A stretch of 64,000 nucleotides of DNA from Epithemia pelagica (taxonomy: Eukaryota > Protista > Bacillariophyta). Below the pieces are notes generated by a model. The model was not told the origin of the DNA. It made no database searches and saw only the letters and a list, made by a program, of their open reading frames with translations. Position numbers and translations under genes: made by a program. Each line of letters begins with the position of its first letter. The stretch's first letter is position 1. Of this stretch, positions 35,801 through 45,571 are shown one piece after another. The stretch covers positions 4,836,001 to 4,900,000 of the forward strand of contig OX337228.1 in assembly GCA_946965045.2 (NCBI GenBank). Direction: 5' to 3'.

Positions 35801-37848
35801 GGTTGGAGGGTGTAATTGTTGATATATCAGGTCTTCATTCGGAGGCGTGGACCAAGACCGCAGAGGCCCTTGAGCTGCGCACGCCATCTCAAGATGAAAG
35901 CAAAAAGGCTTCAGTACTTCGCCCAGAGATTGCAGTTAGTGACATATTCGGATGGACGACTGATTTGTCGGAAATAGAACCAATCACTGCTCATTTTCGT
36001 GAAGAGTTCGATATTTCTTTTCAGAAATTTTTAGAAGAAAGTGGGGTGTCGAGTCCATTGGAGTCAGTGGCGTCGACTTTACCATCTGAGAACGTAAAAG
36101 GAAGCCTGGCTATTGGCGAAGAGTTCGTTGAACCGAAGGCTAGTGATGTAGAGACAGCCGTGATGACCGAAACTGAGGCAATCGGATTGCTAACTCAAGC
36201 CTGGACAAAAGCCGCCGATACTTTCAGTTTGCCCTGGCCTGTGAACGACGACGTCGTCGCGGCTGCTTCAATGGAACCTGAATTGGCTATTATGGAGGTT
36301 TTCCGCTGGACGACTGATGCTCGGAAAGCTGAGGAGATTGCGTCCTTTCATCGACGAGCAATGAAAACATTAAGGGAAGGCAGAAATTTGTCGGATATGG
36401 ATTTCTCTCAGCCTGGCGAAGATTCCGCTGCGAGTTCGGCACAGGCGAAAGACATTGACAAAAATACTCTGATGGAACTTCACTATAGAGCCTGGACAAC
36501 AGTTGCCTCGGCCTCTGGCTTTGATCGACCGACTACAGACGAAGTTCTCGGAGCGTTCGTTCTGAACGACCCCGTCCTTGTTGTGCGAAATGGATTTGGT
36601 TGGGTCGAAGACCTCGAAGAAGCCACGAAGATCGGGCAAGCGTTCACCGAAAAGCTACGAGAACTAGTGGACAAGCCTGCCGAATCCGTTTACGGGGAAA
36701 TGGCCCAACCTGAACATATCTCCAACCATGGCACGGAAGACCAACCATCTGATGATAACACCCTTTCTTTTCATGATGTTGTCCAAGTTCATGAAACTGG
36801 ATGGCGTGTAAGTTGTAACATTCATGGCCTGGTGCTTCCGTCACCAGAACAAGTCCGCCTCTCGGTAAATACGGACCCACGCGAGTTTGTTAAGAGAGTA
36901 ATGAGATGGACAGATGAACCAGCAAGTGTTGATAGAATCGTCTCTACGTTCCAGGACGCCTCGAAAGATGCGTCTTCAGCTTTTGCTCGGTTGTCGACGC
37001 CGGAAGACAGTCCCGCAGGGAAACCTGAGTCTCCTTCCCATAGATCTGGTCCATCAGCTGACGAAATTTTTGAGGCCGAGCTTGAAGCATGGAAGGCAGT
37101 AGCGAAAAAGTTTGGGCTATCTTCTCCAACTTCAGATCAAGTAATGTACGCATTGTCGGTTGGTCCTGAAGGAGCCATACGATATGGTTTCCGATGGTCC
37201 ACGAAAGAGGAGCGAGTTGCCGAACTTTTTGCGTTCTTCCTTCAACAGATTGAGTCTCGACGCAAAAACTGGTCGAACTTTGGTGCCGATAGGCAAACAA
37301 CAGATTCAAGCGAAGACACCCAACCTCCCGTTCAGGTTAATCCGGGAACAGACAAATGGATCCAGTCACTGATGGATGTGGAGATGGAATGTGGAATAAT
37401 ATCACATTTGTCACCTTCACAGGTGGATACCCTGTTAGAGTACGCGGGCCTCTCCCGTCTGATTGGCAAGGACAAGCGCGTATGTGGTTCCCCGAGACCA
37501 CAATTAAAGCCAATAGCAACCCATCATGTGGACTCACAGCAAATGTTGGCGGCTTCGCTGCGTCTGGAACGTCGTCCCGATCATTGTGTGGTGGTCGATG
37601 GCAGTCCTGGTTCTTGCGTTGCTGCTCGTGGGGTGGAAATGCAATCTGTCGCTTGGATTGGATCCTTTCCCCGATATGAACTCCTCGCTGCGGATGCTAC
37701 GGTGAGCCGTCTCGAGGAGCTGACAGCCATGAACATTCGACGGCTCTTTGGAGAGCGTGTCTACGACCAACCTCTTTTGGACAGTCAGAAAACAGACATT
37801 GAAAAGAGCCGAAAAATCAAAACCAGTTTTGCTTGGGGCGACGAGTGA
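32836..37848 (+). CDS. Plastid-targeted 1670-aa protein: acidic coiled region + HAD-like (PyrP2/CbbY-like) domain with five tandem cap modules
   Basis: Signal peptide ending CSIG|FTY. FGAIFRLEGVIVD (HAD motif I position) at ~35785, and C-terminal RRPDHCVVVDGSPGSCVAARGVEMQSVAW...YELLAADATVSRLEEL. Confidence 0.85.
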   Translation: MIGNHERAFFCYSICLLFLVLIPCSIGFTYSPASTKHSYVPSPLTWQQSSNEQRIYPSRTQCVGRLNHRQVTTQSLDDAATRRLSRNFFQVHPGCRRLSSLKSWRVEDNDGKSSDSTEDDDRDRAVSDRVRGWFRSSSSSTNNDDGGRPVKAKIEGLFSGMPSIDEMFGQDEDSDAANSAKETGRGEKRRKPVADWGWFEAERQSIIQSYDNILSEMLVKLDNQRKTEPDSVPENAEGMVKSILKQEMETEIEETRERMARDRFESYESEQRAEVETKDVSGDITDSRVRRLIDEGEAEYSRQLEAQVQLDEFLRYEEDAFRKATEEAEKNIVKPERNADLDKWALERIEEMASKQEALGADDAVLDILEETLEDLRDRMDKESTKMPQQPETMKEWQIYRAIATRLGATVEQDGSIVSGVDEDSDVTYGEVLRRLQAWKEYDEKEADIRQKGGLSRGPKLPFEWQELDAPSNEDTRFSVDGKQRVEARKQINRMSIDALESILERSDSSRREKLKNEIDFLRRELESRDFLDIEEPAERVSDPQGPVDLSDVFLSLEEETPPPASPLVDQSPARQTTPPPPVVQQVASVELSNPVPRPRTAFFADDEFEEKMEAADTDSKLGTMEDQKLEAMYRRAGARTRAEQERIRAGYEDFKRVEESKRNIAGLDEEDEDDLARSTSKYNVSDVLKEGGDFDAQKVLSAIGPRPTRTPKPNALEETRGGKEDSSLTSDVDEQEVVSSLYRSVSAAGGGRFKDDPEAKAEDKARFSEYIEMEKEMREQVESMSSDLLQSSSWQSDLDDENYVEKLSPRPKTQKAEQIDERYLSDTGAAIREELNDQEDKDDLQDDSERDRESSLSNRRTFLRGDEIEEAFSDDEYERNMRQLAEYERRRAGKPRQMGIDISDIFEPRRDISSDDYMDYKFEDRGRRYGWGGATYEVRKQELMEYTELEVPLLNALLEQKDAVSVTGVSPYMAKINKPFKAFGAIFRLEGVIVDISGLHSEAWTKTAEALELRTPSQDESKKASVLRPEIAVSDIFGWTTDLSEIEPITAHFREEFDISFQKFLEESGVSSPLESVASTLPSENVKGSLAIGEEFVEPKASDVETAVMTETEAIGLLTQAWTKAADTFSLPWPVNDDVVAAASMEPELAIMEVFRWTTDARKAEEIASFHRRAMKTLREGRNLSDMDFSQPGEDSAASSAQAKDIDKNTLMELHYRAWTTVASASGFDRPTTDEVLGAFVLNDPVLVVRNGFGWVEDLEEATKIGQAFTEKLRELVDKPAESVYGEMAQPEHISNHGTEDQPSDDNTLSFHDVVQVHETGWRVSCNIHGLVLPSPEQVRLSVNTDPREFVKRVMRWTDEPASVDRIVSTFQDASKDASSAFARLSTPEDSPAGKPESPSHRSGPSADEIFEAELEAWKAVAKKFGLSSPTSDQVMYALSVGPEGAIRYGFRWSTKEERVAELFAFFLQQIESRRKNWSNFGADRQTTDSSEDTQPPVQVNPGTDKWIQSLMDVEMECGIISHLSPSQVDTLLEYAGLSRLIGKDKRVCGSPRPQLKPIATHHVDSQQMLAASLRLERRPDHCVVVDGSPGSCVAARGVEMQSVAWIGSFPRYELLAADATVSRLEELTAMNIRRLFGERVYDQPLLDSQKTDIEKSRKIKTSFAWGDE

Positions 37849-38328
37849 ATCTACCTATTCCACTTTGCCTGGTACCTTAGACATCAATTGAACCCCTCGA
37901 GTATATCTGTCGAAGTCGAATGGGTATCGATATTATTAAGAGCTACGTACCTACCTAGGAGTACCTAGGATATTCTTACGTGCACTGGGACTGGGATAGC
38001 CGATAGCCGTGTTCTGCTTGGACGTCCTCGGGCCCTCGGCCTCAGCTTGCTCTCACGCATGTCGAGCATATCCGTTCTGACAACCCATATGTAAAAGGTG
38101 ATATAATCCCATAACTTTTTTGGAACGCTCTGCTTTTCTAACTCTAGAGATTCCTTCATTCAGTCTTACTTTGAGTCTTGGATATGTGGGAGTTGCAGAA
38201 ACGTTAAATTAGAAGATGTATGTGGATCATGGAACGAGAATACAATTTTGCAATGCATTGCATCAAAATTAATATATCTTCTTTGGTGCGTGGCTAGGAA
38301 CGACGAGGACATCCAGAAAATCGATAGC

Positions 38329-40131
38329 ATGGCGTCGGCTCATTTAAACGATGAGGCTGCAGTGGCAGCCGCGGACAAGGAAATGGAAGAGCGGGCTAAC
38401 CGCGCCAAGGAACTCTTGTCGAAGCGATACCATGGACTCAAGCGACAGCAGGTACGACCGAGAACACGTGTGAGCTTAATTGGAAGCGTTGTCTTGTTAC
38501 TGATTGCTCTTGATCATTTCTTGTTGTTGTCGTCGTTTTTCAGGAAGACAAGCATCACCGCAAAATGCAACTAGAACGTCAAATGGTGGGCTTACCCGAG
38601 CAAAAGAAACACGAGTTGCGACGTGTGTTGGAAGAAGAAGAGACGACAATTCAAAAGGAGTCTCGGCGTCGCATTCACGTTGCGGACTTTGAGTCTCTAG
38701 CCGTAATTGGACGAGGAGCCTTTGGGGAAGTACGTTTGGTGCGTCGAAAAGGCCGACCAGGGGATCCGTCAACGGGTCAAATTTTCGCATTGAAATCGAT
38801 GAAGAAAGAAATGATGGTGGTGAAGAATCAAGTTCATCACGTCAAGGCGGAAAGAGATGCCTTGGCAGCAGCCGAAGCCACAAATCGTTGGCTCACAGTG
38901 TTGCACTGTTCTTTCTTTGATGAAACTCATCTGTACATGGCCATGGAATATATGCCTGGTGGAGATCTCATGTCACTTCTCATCAAAGAGGATACTTTCT
39001 CCGAATCTGTGACCCGATTCTTCATGGCTGAAGCAGCGCAAGCAATTAGTTCCGTGCACGCGTTGGGCTACATTCACAGAGACATCAAACCTGACAATAT
39101 GCTCCTTGACGCGCGAGGTCATTTGAAATTGACCGATTTGGGTCTATGTAAAAAAGTTGGAGAAATATCTCCCCATGACGAACCTGAAGTTGTACTTGAA
39201 CGTTTGCGGGAAGAAGGGGCTCAAGGGGACTGGAGATCCACAATGAATAATGCGACCAGTGGGCCTGCTCCCAACGGGTCCTCTAGCTCCAACGCTGGGT
39301 CCATGTCCAATGGCAGTGGTTCGAAGCATCACATGGCCATGTCCATTGACGATGGGAATGTCAAGTCGCCACAGCCCCGCGACGGCAAAACTCGTCGTGA
39401 AATGGCCTATTCTACAGTAGGCACACCTGATTACATTGCTCCGGAAGTCTTGGCGGCCCAGAATGGAGCGTCGGGTTACTCGTACACTTGTGCTGTTGAT
39501 TGGTGGTCGTTGGGTGTGATCATGTTTGAATGTCTGGTTGGATACACGCCCTTTTATGCGGACGATCCTGTCACTACCTGTCGAAAGATTCTTCGATGGA
39601 GACAGTGTCTTGACCTGCCTGCGGAGACTAGAAATAATCTTTCTCATGAATGCTTGGACTTTCTCTCATGCTTATTGGCCAGTCCTGAATCGCGAATTGG
39701 GTCAGGGCAAAATGGGGAATTTCAAAATGGCTTTCAACAAGTTGTTCAACATCCTTGGTACCGTAACTTTGATTGGGAAGGGATGCGCGAACAGGATGGG
39801 CCGCTCCTTCCGAACGGCGCTCAGGAGATTAAAGAACTATTGGAATTCCTCAAGTATGTCCACACGTGAATTTTTATACCGTACTTGTTCTTGGTCTTAC
39901 AGCTCTTTCTTGTATTGATTATTTCTTTCGCCTTGCAGGACTTGTCCAAAATCGGACCCTCGATTTTCAACCCTTGTCAGCCGGGTGACGCAGAACTTCG
40001 ACACCTTCGAGGATTTGGGTTCAAATCTCGATGGCGAGCGCCAGCGTGTGACGAAAAACTCTCTTGACCAATTTTACAATTACGATTATCGTCGAGTCCG
40101 TAAACCTCGTGTTCCTCTTCCTGGAATGTAG
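38329..40131 (+). CDS. NDR/LATS-family AGC Ser/Thr kinase (exons 38329-38451, 38544-39853, 39939-40131; ~541 aa)
   Basis: NTR region ([13 protein letters not shown]), [19 protein letters not shown] in place of DFG, a long activation-segment insert ending [15 protein letters not shown], and a C-terminal NFD..FYNYDY tail. Confidence 0.95.
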
Positions 40132-40332
40132 GCACGAGAAGTTTGATTGTATGTTTGACAAATGGCTCCAAAAGCCTTTCAATTGACATACACACTGGGA
40201 TAATTAATTCTTTGCGTCAACATCATAAGTGAGTTTGTTCTTAAACTTATTCATAGCAATAGCAAAATGCAATTGAGATTGTGCTTCGAAGCTGACTCAG
40301 CTAAAATATCTATAATGGTCCATGCTACGTGC

Positions 40333-43300
40333 CTAGTCGAAAGGGTTGGAGCTGGTGTTGCCATGTGAAGTCGAAGCTCTCGGGGTATTGTTGATTCCCA
40401 TCAGACTGATGGCTTCAATATCCACATCAGCCACTCCCATGCTACCGGAATCTTGAAAAAGACCGACATCAAGTTTGTCCAGCATTCCGGCAACTAAATC
40501 GACCGAATTGTCTTCCTCGACGTCGTTGTCAACCAGAGCGAACAGGCGTCCACGACGTGAAGCCGCCGGAACACCACGTCCAAGGTCAAATGGGAGTGAC
40601 GGAGGGTTTGCATTTGACACAGAGGCTAAACGCGGGACGGTTCCATCCGAAAAGACATCAGGCCCAAACGGTGAATCAGGAGTCAGAAAATATGGCGAGG
40701 TAACTGGTGGAGTTGATGTTTCAAAATCTGTTCGAAAAGGCTCCGTAAGCACTGCTGGCGGGGGAGACCTCCGTTCCTGGAAAGAACTAGGAGTACTTCC
40801 TCCGGTATCCAAAAATCTAGCCAAGGTAGATGGTTGCACCGCGAATTGGTGTTTTCCCTGCTCGCTTTGGAGAACTAGTAAAAGCGTCTTGTATGGCGAA
40901 AGTCGGGTGTCCTCTTGGCGATGAATGGAGCAAAATACATGTTCCGAATGCGGTGGAATCTCAGATACTTGTTCGTTTACGTCCAGTCGAGGGTCCATGA
41001 TGAGCAACTCATCTCTTATCTCACGTGAAGGATCATGAAGCGCAAGACCAGTGACAAAAACCACGAACGACATCGCAACTTCGCGTGTGTTAGCTTCTTG
41101 AATTAGGTCCAGCATTCGACTAAGATACTGAGATGCAACCAAACTATCGAATGGAAGGAGGACCATACACGAGCCTCCAGACTCTCGAAGTTCAGTGCAT
41201 TCGTCTTTCGTGAACGGTTTCTTTCCACCAAAAACTCCTTCCAGCTTCATCAACGATCCAAAATATGTATTTTGGGGACGGGCGGTGAGAGGATTGGAGG
41301 CAAGCTCAATCGAAACACTCAATATTTTCGAGAGGGAATCCTTTGCATGCGACGAAAGACGGCAATCAAGGCCAGTATCAGAGACGAGTAGGCCCATCGT
41401 TTCCTGGTTAATCAACAGAGAGAAAAACGCCGCAAGGATCTTATCCGACGGCCCGATGTAGCGTTGACGAAGCAGTTCCATGTCGGCTGTAGATAAGGCA
41501 ACTTCGTGTTGATCTTCCCAACAAATCAACTCGGAACTGAGGAGGTCATTGCGGGCACGGACAGATAGACCCTGCGTCGCATCGGTCCACTCTAACCCAC
41601 TTTGCTCATCAAGTTGGCTCGAGATGTGCGACAAATGTTGCGCAAGCTCATGACAAACCCCCGCAAACGCAACAGCAGCAGATTTGAGTGCCTCCATGTT
41701 CACAGCAGTGTTAAGACGTCGATTCTCCGTGATGAATTGCCTCTGAAAGAAAGCGATCCCTTTGCTTGTATCCGTCCAACTAGGGATGAGTGGATCTAAA
41801 TACTGATCATCACCGTGGCTTGCACGGATAACCCACCGGCATATGATTCTCTTCAATACGGTCACGGGGAAGACGTCTTGAACCTTCTCGGCTCGACGCA
41901 GCAGTTCTTCGATATTGCTCTTTCGATGTATAGCAATGGAAGGCTGTTCGATAAATATACGATCGGAGGTATGACGAAAACCGTTGTTGGTCGATGCATC
42001 TTGTTGAATGCTCTTCTTAATTGGTTCACTCTGCACTGTGGGCAAAGAAGACGGCAGAGATTGCGTAGAGGGCATTGTACCACTGGAAACAGGATGCAAA
42101 GGGACACCAACAGGACGGTTCTCCGCAGATGATTCTAGAGACGCTTTTGTGGAGTTGACCATGGACTGTTCATGCTTCCTGGTTGTTTCCCACCGACGAT
42201 TGCCTTCTAGAGCTGGCATGCTCTTCAGGGGTTTATCAAGGTTATTCAACGCAGCGGGAGAACCAGCCGGTACAACAGAAGATCGCTTTGTTCTCGTTGG
42301 TTTCCCTGCTCTCCCGTCAGTTGATACGGTGGATACGTGGCCCTGATGCCTTGGCGAATTGGGTGGATCTTTCATATTTTTCTCTTCCCGTTGTTTCTGA
42401 CGTTCTTTTCGTTCCTTAACACGTCGTTGTTCTTGGAGATTTTTCTCTCGCTTCATCATCTCTTCAATTTCTCGCTCCTTTTGTTCACTCAGTCGCTTCT
42501 CGCGTTCCTTCTTCTCGCGATCTTCACGTTCCTTCCGCAACTGTTCGCGTTCCCGTTCTTCTTGCTCTTCCCTCTCGCGGCGTTCCCTCTCTTCTTTCAA
42601 TTTCTGTTGACGTTCACGTTCTTTCTTTTTTCGTTTCTTCGCTTGTTTTTTACTTGCCTCTGCCTCCTCTTTTTTCGCTTCCTCTTCCTCCGCCGCAAGC
42701 TCTCGTAGCAACTCCTCCTCCGCTGCCTTTGCTTTCTCTTCGGCTGACATCTTGGATGTGCCCTTTGGCTTCTTTTTATCTGAATTGGAATCGGAATGGA
42801 AACCATTTGCAACATGCTGTGCTAGCATGGCTTCACCTTCTTCATCATTCTCGCTTTCATCTTCATCGTCAAGAGAATTTTTACCTTCGCGATCGAGCTG
42901 TTTCATCCGCAAATTAATGAGCAAACGCGCCCTCTGCACTTTCTTGCGATCACGTGAACAACGGGGAATGCTTGCATTGTACTTAGTGACCATGTCAACC
43001 GCCGCATCGATCAAATTTTGCTCCACGAGAATCGACAACGCAGTGTCGCCCTTCTTGGTTGTAACTGTGTGATCAGCTCCGTGCCGGAGTAGGAGATCAA
43101 CTGTGTCTGTCAGGCCTTTTGTCGCTGCTTGAAGCAAGGCGCTAAGCGTCGGATCATCCTCTTCCGTTGGTGCCCCTTCTTCCAACAGTAGCCGTACTAC
43201 ATCATCGTGGCCTTTGTAGGCAGCTATGCTGAGAGGCGACCATCCGGTGTCGGTGCATTTGCATGGATCGGCTCCACTCGCAAGCAACACTTCTACCGCC

Positions 43301-44646
43301 CCTGCTTGACCGTGATTTGCGGCTGTCAGCAAAGGAGTCTCCCTCCACTTGTTCAATGCATGAGGGTCCGCATCGGCCACCAAGAGAATTTTGACTGAGG
43401 CGAGATGGCCTGGTTTGGAACCAGCACAAGCTTTGTGAAGCGGAGTACTAAGATCTTCTGACACTCTACTGTTGACCGGTGCCCCAGCCCGAAGCAGCAG
43501 GGCTACAATGTCGTCGTACCCCTTGTGTGCGGCGAAGGTAAGCGCAGACCACCCTGCCTCGCTGCAAAGGGAAGGATCTGCACCATGTCGGAGAAGTGCC
43601 GCCACACCTAAACGGTGACCATTGTTGGCTGCAATCAGCAAGGGAGTTTCTCGCCATTTGTTGCATGCATTGCAGTCTGCGTTTCGCTTGAGAAGAATTT
43701 CAAGAACATCCAAAGATCCCGTGCTTGAACCAGACGAGCAAGCAGTATGAAGAGGGGTGTAAAGATCGTCTTTGAACTGACAATTGACAGAAGCTCCATT
43801 TTCCAAACACAGCTCCACTGCATCCGCATCCCCTTCTTCGACAGCGCATTTGAGGTAGAGCTCTGAATCTTCTTCATCAATACTCACCAGAGATGACTTA
43901 ACAGTCACCGATGCACGAACTTTGAGTGAATCGTTTGAAACAAATCCCTCTTGTTGAATACGATCGGAAGTTATGAATTGTGACCAACCCCAGTCAATTG
44001 CTTTTGGACATAATTTGAACGTTTTGTCTGGGTTTCGTTTGGCGTAACAGTAGGTTGATCCATTGGGGTGTTCCAACGTCAACACATAGCTCACAGATTT
44101 CTTCCATCCAAAAGGTAGATCATCAGCATCGGCTACCTGTAAAAACAAACTCAGGTGATGGTTGCTTGCTCTTCCATTTCCGTTCACATATATTATAAGT
44201 CTCCAACGGTTACCGTGGTCATCAACCTTGATTTCACTATATTCTGCCTTCTTGCAGCCAGATTCTCGTTTGTTGGAATAATCGGTTATAATGTGAGTGA
44301 ATTCTGTTGTTGACTGTACATTCTGAGGGTGCCACGCTGGATGCTTATCCTCCGAATCAGCTTCGTCATCATCCTCGTCTGGCTCAACATGATCTCCCCC
44401 ATCATCGTCGCGCGACCTCTTACGTTTGTCTCCACGACTCTTGTGGTTACGAATGACATCATGACCATGTTCTTCATCATCGGTCTCGTCATCCACCAAG
44501 AGAGCCCCAGATGGTTCTAGCGGCTCCGGACTGCTTGAACTTGTTTCATCGTGGTGCTGATGATTCATGCTAAGAACACTAGATGATGACTCCTCCACAA
44601 CCGCACTGTTACTAGCGGATACTGGGGTACTTCCCCAGCGGAGCAT
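40333..44646 (-). CDS. MATH + ankyrin repeats + charged coiled coil + PCIF1/CAPAM-like methyltransferase-fold domain
   Basis: MATH (RWRLIIYVNGN..HLSLFLQ..DWGWSQFI), ~9 ankyrin repeats (TPLH/TPLL..AA), a K/E/R coiled coil, then GLDCRLSSHAKDSLSKILSVSIELASNPL...MSFVVFV...VLQSEQG. Likely start MLRWG at 44646 (track start 44739). Confidence 0.85.
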   Translation of the reverse strand: MLRWGSTPVSASNSAVVEESSSSVLSMNHQHHDETSSSSPEPLEPSGALLVDDETDDEEHGHDVIRNHKSRGDKRKRSRDDDGGDHVEPDEDDDEADSEDKHPAWHPQNVQSTTEFTHIITDYSNKRESGCKKAEYSEIKVDDHGNRWRLIIYVNGNGRASNHHLSLFLQVADADDLPFGWKKSVSYVLTLEHPNGSTYCYAKRNPDKTFKLCPKAIDWGWSQFITSDRIQQEGFVSNDSLKVRASVTVKSSLVSIDEEDSELYLKCAVEEGDADAVELCLENGASVNCQFKDDLYTPLHTACSSGSSTGSLDVLEILLKRNADCNACNKWRETPLLIAANNGHRLGVAALLRHGADPSLCSEAGWSALTFAAHKGYDDIVALLLRAGAPVNSRVSEDLSTPLHKACAGSKPGHLASVKILLVADADPHALNKWRETPLLTAANHGQAGAVEVLLASGADPCKCTDTGWSPLSIAAYKGHDDVVRLLLEEGAPTEEDDPTLSALLQAATKGLTDTVDLLLRHGADHTVTTKKGDTALSILVEQNLIDAAVDMVTKYNASIPRCSRDRKKVQRARLLINLRMKQLDREGKNSLDDEDESENDEEGEAMLAQHVANGFHSDSNSDKKKPKGTSKMSAEEKAKAAEEELLRELAAEEEEAKKEEAEASKKQAKKRKKKERERQQKLKEERERREREEQEEREREQLRKEREDREKKEREKRLSEQKEREIEEMMKREKNLQEQRRVKERKERQKQREEKNMKDPPNSPRHQGHVSTVSTDGRAGKPTRTKRSSVVPAGSPAALNNLDKPLKSMPALEGNRRWETTRKHEQSMVNSTKASLESSAENRPVGVPLHPVSSGTMPSTQSLPSSLPTVQSEPIKKSIQQDASTNNGFRHTSDRIFIEQPSIAIHRKSNIEELLRRAEKVQDVFPVTVLKRIICRWVIRASHGDDQYLDPLIPSWTDTSKGIAFFQRQFITENRRLNTAVNMEALKSAAVAFAGVCHELAQHLSHISSQLDEQSGLEWTDATQGLSVRARNDLLSSELICWEDQHEVALSTADMELLRQRYIGPSDKILAAFFSLLINQETMGLLVSDTGLDCRLSSHAKDSLSKILSVSIELASNPLTARPQNTYFGSLMKLEGVFGGKKPFTKDECTELRESGGSCMVLLPFDSLVASQYLSRMLDLIQEANTREVAMSFVVFVTGLALHDPSREIRDELLIMDPRLDVNEQVSEIPPHSEHVFCSIHRQEDTRLSPYKTLLLVLQSEQGKHQFAVQPSTLARFLDTGGSTPSSFQERRSPPPAVLTEPFRTDFETSTPPVTSPYFLTPDSPFGPDVFSDGTVPRLASVSNANPPSLPFDLGRGVPAASRRGRLFALVDNDVEEDNSVDLVAGMLDKLDVGLFQDSGSMGVADVDIEAISLMGINNTPRASTSHGNTSSNPFD

Positions 44647-45571
44647 GTTTGCTATGTGATGGTTGCGTTTCCGGGATGATACGATACAGTTTTCTGCGTC
44701 CAGGAAGAAAGGAAGAAAAAAATCGGAAGATGGAAACAAAATGCGTCAGTTGACTACCAACGACTGATCCAATTTCAAGGTATGTTTTACCATATTGACA
44801 GTTTGGAGCAAAAACATTCTAATGCTTCTTCAATGTCCCGTAAGGTTGCTTCCATCGCATTCCAAGAAACTACTATGCGGGCACACTCGTATCACGATTT
44901 CTCTGTGATCAATGAGAATCCTTCCAACACCCTCCGCGTGATCTTCCAATCAATTGACAAAGGGTCTCGCCAGTCCCTACACAATGCTGTTCACATGGCA
45001 ACCTACCTTGGAATTGTCTTTCGTCCGTGTCCAATCTTGCTGCGGCAATTGGCGCAAGGACCAGCCGTGCCCTCTTCGTTAGGTTGTGGGGTTTGCAACC
45101 ACATTCACCACACACACACATAAACATTTTTTCTATCGTATCGCACAGGCCAGCCACAGCCAGAGGCGGACTTCTCGCCCTCGCTCTCGCCGCCGTGTCC
45201 GTCACGGTCGGAAGATGAGGGGGTACATTAAAGTTTATATTAGTACAGTCTCATTGTTGTATTTATGATTCAGTAGTATATGGCTTTCAAGTTTGACGGA
45301 CGATTCTACTGACAGATAACCGACATATCACGTTTGAATCATCCGGGATCCTCCCACTTCCCGAACGACGGACGACGACAGGCGGGGGGAGTCAGGCACA
45401 AAAAAGACATTTCAAACTTTTCTAATAGCACAACGAATTACCGATGCACACTTACATATAACCTGTCCATATCCATGATTCGTCGGCTCCAAATTTCGGC
45501 AGACACTTACAAAAGCTAAAGCATTTCCACCAAGGACCGATTCTCTTTGAAAAGCTGAAGTTAAGGGAAGA

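Noticed and set aside
44782-45268. Short ORFs between the divergent MATH-ankyrin and syntaxin genes
   Set aside because: No motifs and overlapping ORFs on both strands; consistent with promoter/UTR sequence.
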